From assembly GCA_046753765.1 (NCBI GenBank), contig JBHHUN010000003.1:21001-85000 (forward strand): a stretch of 64,000 nt of DNA, read 5' to 3'. Positions 58,807 through 64,000 of this stretch are shown piece by piece (position 1 is the first letter of the stretch; every line of letters begins with the position of its first letter). The notes below the pieces were generated by a model that had not been told where the DNA came from, did no database searches, and saw only the letters and a list, made by a program, of their open reading frames with translations. A program made the position numbers and the translations under genes. Source of the stretch: Candidatus Dojkabacteria bacterium (GTDB taxonomy: Bacteria > Patescibacteriota > Dojkabacteria > B142 > OLB20).

Positions 58807-60090
58807 ATGGACGAGGGAATGCAGACTGCCCAGGAGGTAGTGCCACAAGTTGAAAACCCAGAAATGGAGAGAAGAAGCTCCAGGTTGCCGAAGATACTGA
58901 TACTGTTGTTATTATTGATTTTGTTAGGTTTTGCAGTCTTCTGGGTGGTCAGTAACGGGTCTTTGGGGATTCAGCTATCTGAACCCGGCGTGACACCGAC
59001 TGCCACTCCAAGCCAGGCTGTTAGCCCTACACCAACAGTTACAGAAGTTGGAGAGAGCATTTTCCTTGCCAATGCGGCAGGTGATAATACTATAAGAGCA
59101 TTCGCCTACGACTTCACTAACGACAACGTGTTGTTTTCGGAGACTGTAAACACAGTAGACTCATTGTGGGCGACGGCAGAACTGGGGTCGAATAAGGTGA
59201 TTCAGTATCTTCCATCAACAAATGAGCTTTATTATCTGACCTCCGGTTCAGATTTGGGTTGTGAAGTGGGCTGTACACCAGGTAATGCAGACGGAACAAC
59301 TGAAACCAGATTATACCGTCAGAACCTCGAGGTGGAGCAGGAGGAATTAATTAAGGGTTTTGGTGACATACCAGGTCAGGGTGGAGCAATAAAATTTGCA
59401 GTTAATCCTCAAACCGGGATAGTCTATGTTTTTACTATCTCCACAGAGCCGGACAACGAGTATAAGCTGTTTAGTATTGATTCAAAGTCACAAACTGAAA
59501 CCGAGCTTCTAAGTCAAACGTTTGTTGGAATAGAGGATTTTCCTCAGGTAAGTATGCTCTCTTTCGATAATAGTGGGGAAAACATATATGTAGCTATTGG
59601 AATTCAGGGTGACATCGTCCTTACCAGAGTCAACCTTGCCTCAAAAAAGACAGTAAGTTTTGATATACCAGAAAAAGAGTTTGCATCACCTGACTGGGGT
59701 ATCTCTCCTGATGGTAATCACTATGGTTACTACGCAGATACAGAACTGTTTGTTTATAAACTAAAGGAGAAAAAGCAGTCTAAAGTAACGATCAAAGGAA
59801 AACTGGAAAACGTTGGTTTGATCTGGATGGGAGACAACCAGCTCATAAATAACTTTAATGCAGTTTACGACCCGGTTTCAAAGAAGAACTTCAAGCTACA
59901 AGACACGTTTAGTTATATTGAAGCTCCAGGTTCGCAGAGTCGATTTGTTTACCTTTCAAACGGTGGTAAAGCACCATTGAAAATCTATGATTTCTCGGCG
60001 AAGTCTGACATTCTGGGGTTGCCCGACGCACTTCAGGATTTCAAAGACGACATTGGAACTTCCAATCCGTTTGGCCTGTCCTGGTTTTAG
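58807..60090 (+). CDS. Hypothetical membrane-anchored protein with a beta-rich (propeller-like) extracytoplasmic domain
   Basis: The ORF track starts at 58624 and would overlap the divergent gene's 5' end. The internal Met at 58807 (MDEGMQ…) precedes a TM helix (ILILLLLLILLGFAVFWVV). No family recognised. Confidence 0.45.
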   Translation: MDEGMQTAQEVVPQVENPEMERRSSRLPKILILLLLLILLGFAVFWVVSNGSLGIQLSEPGVTPTATPSQAVSPTPTVTEVGESIFLANAAGDNTIRAFAYDFTNDNVLFSETVNTVDSLWATAELGSNKVIQYLPSTNELYYLTSGSDLGCEVGCTPGNADGTTETRLYRQNLEVEQEELIKGFGDIPGQGGAIKFAVNPQTGIVYVFTISTEPDNEYKLFSIDSKSQTETELLSQTFVGIEDFPQVSMLSFDNSGENIYVAIGIQGDIVLTRVNLASKKTVSFDIPEKEFASPDWGISPDGNHYGYYADTELFVYKLKEKKQSKVTIKGKLENVGLIWMGDNQLINNFNAVYDPVSKKNFKLQDTFSYIEAPGSQSRFVYLSNGGKAPLKIYDFSAKSDILGLPDALQDFKDDIGTSNPFGLSWF

Positions 60091-60473
60091 TAGCGGTGTC
60101 CCCTCCTTCTCTCAGACTCACGGACCTCCTGTTCGTTCATTCCAAAATGATGTGCAATCTCATGCCAAACAACGTTGGTTACAATCTGTTTCACCTGTTC
60201 GGGTGACTGACTGTAAGCCTCTATTGGCTTCTTGAAGATTGTTATTTTGTCCGGAAGAAACCCCGAATAGTTTGTCCCACGCTTTGTTTTCGGGACTCCC
60301 TCGTAAAGGCCAAACATACCCCATTTGGTGTAGTGCCTTCTCATCTTCTGCAGTTGGTATGGTGAGGGGAAATCGTCAATTACGATAGATACGTTTTCAA
60401 GCTCTTCTAGAAACTTGCCTGGTATCTGCGAAATGCCGTCATCGACTAGTTGTTCAAACTCTGACCGCTCCAT
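60087..60473 (-). CDS. Small zincin-like metallopeptidase-family protein (DUF1025/COG3824-like)
   Basis: 128 aa with the HExxH-containing motif 'VVWHEIAHHFGMNE', characteristic of this family. Confidence 0.6.
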   Translation of the reverse strand: MERSEFEQLVDDGISQIPGKFLEELENVSIVIDDFPSPYQLQKMRRHYTKWGMFGLYEGVPKTKRGTNYSGFLPDKITIFKKPIEAYSQSPEQVKQIVTNVVWHEIAHHFGMNEQEVRESERRRGHRY

Positions 60474-60501
60474 TACTACAAGTATAGCAGAAGCGTCAAT
60501 T

Positions 60502-61416
60502 TTATTTAGTTTGTCTTGCGTGTTTAGCTAGAGGCACCGCAGCTGCTGCCATTGATTCTCCCGTAAAACTCCCTGAAGGGTATACGATTATCATAGAAGA
60601 CTCCTCCTTGGAGATCTCAGAGAGGTTCTGAATCTCACGGAGTTTGAATCCGCCTTTCTGATTTTCAAGAATCTTACTGGCCTCGGCAACTTTTTCAGCC
60701 ACCTTCACCTCTGCTTCGGCCTGAATAGTTTTGGCTTGTGCAGCCCTTCTTGCTCTGGCGATAACAGCCAGCTCCTCTACGAGTTCTGGAGGGGTGTCAA
60801 TATCAGTAATTCTAACGGCTCTAACATTTATTCCGTAAGCTTCAGCCTGCTTGTCTATTTGGTCCTTAAGGTCAGTAGCAATGTCGTCTCTGTTACTGAG
60901 AAGTTCCTTAAGAGTTAAGCTTCCGATTGTGTTTTTTAATGCTTCTGTGGACATCCATATGACCGAACTCAGATAGTCTTTTACGTCGATAACCGCCTTT
61001 TGAGGGTCTTCAACTTCGAATTCAAGGGCGGCTGTTACTCTTGTTGGAACGTTATCCTGGGTAAGTGTAGCTGTTGCTTCAACCTGCTGGGTGATAATTC
61101 GCGTATCAACTATTGCTGCTACAGAGTATATGAATGGTGGAATTATAAAAAGGCCTGGCCCTCTGACACCAGCGAACTTACCAACTCTAAGCAAAACAAG
61201 TCTCTGCCATTCTGGGAGTACGTAGAACATTCTGGCGACTACAAGCGAGAGGAAGAAATCGAATCCAAGAAATCCTAAGAGAAGAAACTGAGAGAAGAAA
61301 CCGATTCCAAACAATCCATATAAAGGGATAATGAACACAACAGCAAGAACACTGAATGTAACTAGAAAAGAGAGTATTCTGAGGAATGTTTGAACGGAGT
61401 TGACGTTCGAAAGCAT
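60502..61416 (-). CDS. SPFH/band-7 (stomatin/prohibitin-like) membrane protein
   Basis: N-terminal TM helices, then an SPFH domain (…EWQRLVLLRVGKFAGVRGPGLFIIPPFIYSVAAIVDTRIITQQV…) and a C-terminal coiled coil. Confidence 0.8.
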   Translation of the reverse strand: MLSNVNSVQTFLRILSFLVTFSVLAVVFIIPLYGLFGIGFFSQFLLLGFLGFDFFLSLVVARMFYVLPEWQRLVLLRVGKFAGVRGPGLFIIPPFIYSVAAIVDTRIITQQVEATATLTQDNVPTRVTAALEFEVEDPQKAVIDVKDYLSSVIWMSTEALKNTIGSLTLKELLSNRDDIATDLKDQIDKQAEAYGINVRAVRITDIDTPPELVEELAVIARARRAAQAKTIQAEAEVKVAEKVAEASKILENQKGGFKLREIQNLSEISKEESSMIIVYPSGSFTGESMAAAAVPLAKHARQTK

Positions 61417-61522
61417 AATGGGATTTATAATGGATAAATTATCTAGTTGATTATATTAGCTTTGGACTGGTTGGTAAAGGTGAAACGTTGCGCACGGACC
61501 TTATCTTACATACAATAGTCAC

Positions 61523-63382
61523 ATGATAGATATTGGCAAAAACAACCTCGATAGATCGACCTCTCCTTATTTGCAGCAGCATAAGGGTAACCCTGTTTTC
61601 TGGCAGGAATGGAACGATGAGATTTTGGGTGAGGCAAAGAAGATCAAGAAACCACTGTTCGTTTCGATAGGGTATTCAACCTGTCACTGGTGTCATGTAA
61701 TGGCAGCCGAGGCTTTTAGTGATAATGAGATCGCTGATTTTCTAAACGACAACTTCATTCCAATCAAAGTTGACAGGGAACAGCGTCCTGATATCGATAA
61801 GTTTGCAATGAATTTCCTGGTGGCTACTCAGGGTCAGGGTGGATGGCCGCTTAATATCTTTCTCTCGCCTGATCTAAAACCATTTTTTGCCGGTACGTAC
61901 TTTCCGGTTGAAGGGAAACATGGGCTGCCACCATTTATTGACATTCTGGAAAAAACTCTCAAATGGTATGAGGAGCATAAGGCAAAACTGGAACCATTTG
62001 AATTACCGATCAAAGCTTCCAGTGAGGGCGAAAAGCAGGGACCAAAGTACAACGAAAAAGGATTGGTTGACGTTATAAAACAGAACATCGATTATCAGCA
62101 CTTTGGATTTGGTTACAAGAACAAATTCCCGCCGTACAATACACTCCTCTTTCTAATGCACTACTATGCGATCTCCAAAGATGCAGATATTGTACGTCTG
62201 ATAACTAAAACTCTTGACGCGATGGCTATGCGTGGTTTGCATGATCATCTGCAGGGGGGATTTTTTAGATACACAGTTGACAGGGAATGGACGATCCCCC
62301 ACTTTGAAAAAATGCTTTACGATCAGGCGATGCTGCTTTGGACATATAGCATTGCTTATAAACTTTTCGAAAGAGAAGAGGATAAGATTGTTGCAGAAAA
62401 AATACTAAAAAACCTTGAGGAGACATTTGAAGATGATGGACTCTACTTTGCCGGGCATGATGCTGATACCGAACATGAGGAGGGGGCAACCTATCTTTGG
62501 ACCGTGGAAGAGATTAAAGAGATATTAAGTGAGAAGGAGTTTGAGGGATTCTCCAAGCTGTATGACATCGAGGATGGAGAGTTTGAAGGGAAAATGCATC
62601 TTGTCAAAACAAAAAATAAGCAGCTTGATGACATTGAATCAAAACTTCTAGTGGTCAGGAAGAAAAGAAAGCAGCCGTTTGTTGACAAAAAGAAGATAAC
62701 CGGCTGGAACAGCTTGCTTGGATGTGCACTCATCGCCTGCTCACGATATTGCGGCAACGAGAACGCTTTAGAGAAAGCAAAGATAATAGCAGAGAAACTA
62801 TTTGAAACAAACGTAAAAGATGAGACCGTTTTCAGAAGCTCAATTGACGGGGTCGTGCAAAAACAATCGTTTCTAGAGGATTATGCTGCTTTAGCTCTTC
62901 TTCTGACCTACTTGTACGAGGAGGAAGACATTTACAAGGAGGAGCTTCGTGAGATCGGAGAGAAGTTGCAGAAGTTCAATACTGATGGCAGATGGCACAT
63001 GAGTTTAAACAGCGAGCTCGGCAGGATTGTTGCCGAGGAGGACGATCACCCTCAGCCATCTGCTGTGTCTCTGGCAGTTCTTGCTGAGTTCAGATCAGAG
63101 ATTCTCCTCAGGGATGACAAGGGTGGAGAAGGGAGCAATAAAACTGAAGAAAGTTCTGATGTCACGGACTTCAAACCACCATTTGCAGGTGATTTTTACA
63201 ATATAGTTGTCCTGCTCGCCAGGGGAAACCTCAATGAGATCCATTCTCCAGGAAAGCTAAGCTGGCAGACACTTCCACTCACGTCAATACAGATAAGGTC
63301 CGATCGTTATCAACTGTGCCGTCATTTCCACTGTCAGGACTTTAAAACAGAGGAAGCTTTGTTGAAAGAGATACAGCTATAA
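61523..63382 (+). CDS. Thioredoxin-domain protein, DUF255/YyaL family (N-terminal thioredoxin-like domain plus alpha/alpha-toroid domain)
   Basis: The motif 'SPYLQQHKGNPVFWQEWNDEILGEAKKIKKPLFVSIGYSTCHWCHVMAAEAFSD' is the DUF255 signature. Confidence 0.85.
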   Translation: MIDIGKNNLDRSTSPYLQQHKGNPVFWQEWNDEILGEAKKIKKPLFVSIGYSTCHWCHVMAAEAFSDNEIADFLNDNFIPIKVDREQRPDIDKFAMNFLVATQGQGGWPLNIFLSPDLKPFFAGTYFPVEGKHGLPPFIDILEKTLKWYEEHKAKLEPFELPIKASSEGEKQGPKYNEKGLVDVIKQNIDYQHFGFGYKNKFPPYNTLLFLMHYYAISKDADIVRLITKTLDAMAMRGLHDHLQGGFFRYTVDREWTIPHFEKMLYDQAMLLWTYSIAYKLFEREEDKIVAEKILKNLEETFEDDGLYFAGHDADTEHEEGATYLWTVEEIKEILSEKEFEGFSKLYDIEDGEFEGKMHLVKTKNKQLDDIESKLLVVRKKRKQPFVDKKKITGWNSLLGCALIACSRYCGNENALEKAKIIAEKLFETNVKDETVFRSSIDGVVQKQSFLEDYAALALLLTYLYEEEDIYKEELREIGEKLQKFNTDGRWHMSLNSELGRIVAEEDDHPQPSAVSLAVLAEFRSEILLRDDKGGEGSNKTEESSDVTDFKPPFAGDFYNIVVLLARGNLNEIHSPGKLSWQTLPLTSIQIRSDRYQLCRHFHCQDFKTEEALLKEIQL

Positions 63383-63384
63383 AA

Positions 63385-64000
63385 ATGTTCAATCGGAAAC
63401 ATGATAGAGTTATTGATTCTCTTCTGAGGCAGGCAGATAGATATGCTCTAGCCAGAGGTTTCAAAGATAATGAGATCAAACAACGGATGATTGATCTCGA
63501 GCACCAGAACGAGGAAAACAAGCAACATCCAATAAGGGTTGAAGTAGATGTTGAGGGGATTGGTGAAGTTGCTGTTTACATTTCGATATTGGGTGGTAAA
63601 ACTGCGGGTAGCAAAACATACATTACGCTGGGGGGCGGACTCTCACATGCAGGTAGCATGAAAACACTTGCCTTCCCTATCGCTGCCTTAACTGGTAGCA
63701 GAGTGATTATGTTGGCGAATGTGTTTAACGGTGAGAGCAAGATCAAATCAAAAGATTTGCGAAACAGATTTTACAGTTACGACAAAAAGCATGGTGGATA
63801 CACCTCTGATGGTTTATTTTATGCACAGGTTCTCGAGAAGCTTCACCGGCAACAGTTACTTGGCGATCAGATCGAATTAGTGGGTCAATCAGCGGGTGCT
63901 GCTGGTTTGCTGCGGACAGCTGCCTATCTTAAGAGTCAAAACAGTGAGATTTTTCATCGGATAAAGAGGGTGACACTGATTTCACCGGCAGGTGTTTTTC
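63385..64000 (+). CDS. Alpha/beta-hydrolase-fold protein; its 3' end lies beyond the window
   Basis: ATG at 63385. The GxSxG nucleophile elbow 'GQSAGA' is present. The ORF runs open to the window end. Confidence 0.45.
   Translation, partial: MFNRKHDRVIDSLLRQADRYALARGFKDNEIKQRMIDLEHQNEENKQHPIRVEVDVEGIGEVAVYISILGGKTAGSKTYITLGGGLSHAGSMKTLAFPIAALTGSRVIMLANVFNGESKIKSKDLRNRFYSYDKKHGGYTSDGLFYAQVLEKLHRQQLLGDQIELVGQSAGAAGLLRTAAYLKSQNSEIFHRIKRVTLISPAGVF

Noticed and set aside
1-64000. tRNA, rRNA and CRISPR arrays
   Set aside because: No rRNA-sized non-coding stretch or regularly spaced direct-repeat array was noticed. I did not scan every short intergenic region for tRNA cloverleaves or T-loop motifs; only 2826-4031 was examined closely. 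A tRNAscan/Infernal run is needed to be definitive.

Overview
Most of this 64-kb window is densely packed, mostly single-copy housekeeping and transport genes from a low-GC, reduced-genome anaerobe; gene content suggests an uncultivated Patescibacteria/CPR-like lineage, but that is inference only. I saw no rRNA or CRISPR; I did not systematically scan for tRNAs and noticed none. Genes I recognise with good support:
- CTP synthase (pyrG), Obg GTPase, PduO-type cobalamin adenosyltransferase-like protein.
- A two-subunit 2-oxoacid:ferredoxin oxidoreductase next to an ADP-forming acetyl-CoA synthetase, and a P-type cation ATPase.
- A MacAB-like tripartite efflux set and two other ABC systems.
- Two tandem TlpA-like thioredoxin / CcdA pairs, and an ECF sigma factor with a putative anti-sigma partner.
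- An SPFH/band-7 protein, a DUF255 thioredoxin-domain protein, a CAP/SCP-domain protein, a VIT/CCC1 transporter, an FKBP lipoprotein, an Smr-domain protein, tandem HAD hydrolases and an M29-type aminopeptidase.
- Several large surface or lipoproteins with no known function.
The stand-out feature is a tightly packed six-gene minus-strand operon at 11764-24522 (about 12.8 kb):
- It encodes a 1725-aa giant protein with a C-terminal transmembrane hairpin, a 158-aa protein, a 509-aa polytopic membrane protein with VirB6/TrbL-like topology, a 393-aa cytoplasmic protein and a 349-aa coiled-coil protein.
- The last gene encodes a 1078-aa protein with a clear DnaJ-type J-domain (HPD motif), an Arg/Lys-rich region and a long Gly/Ala-rich glycine-zipper membrane region.
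- No ATPase, integrase or other catalytic domain is recognisable, and none of the six products matches a characterised system. I propose it as a candidate undescribed membrane-associated, possibly Hsp70-coupled, translocation or injection-like complex.
A divergently transcribed Pro/Ala/Thr-rich tail-anchored protein sits immediately upstream of this operon. Other points of interest are a 1.2-kb non-coding island downstream of pyrG, the duplicated TlpA-CcdA module, and a probable frameshifted locus at 41106-41758.
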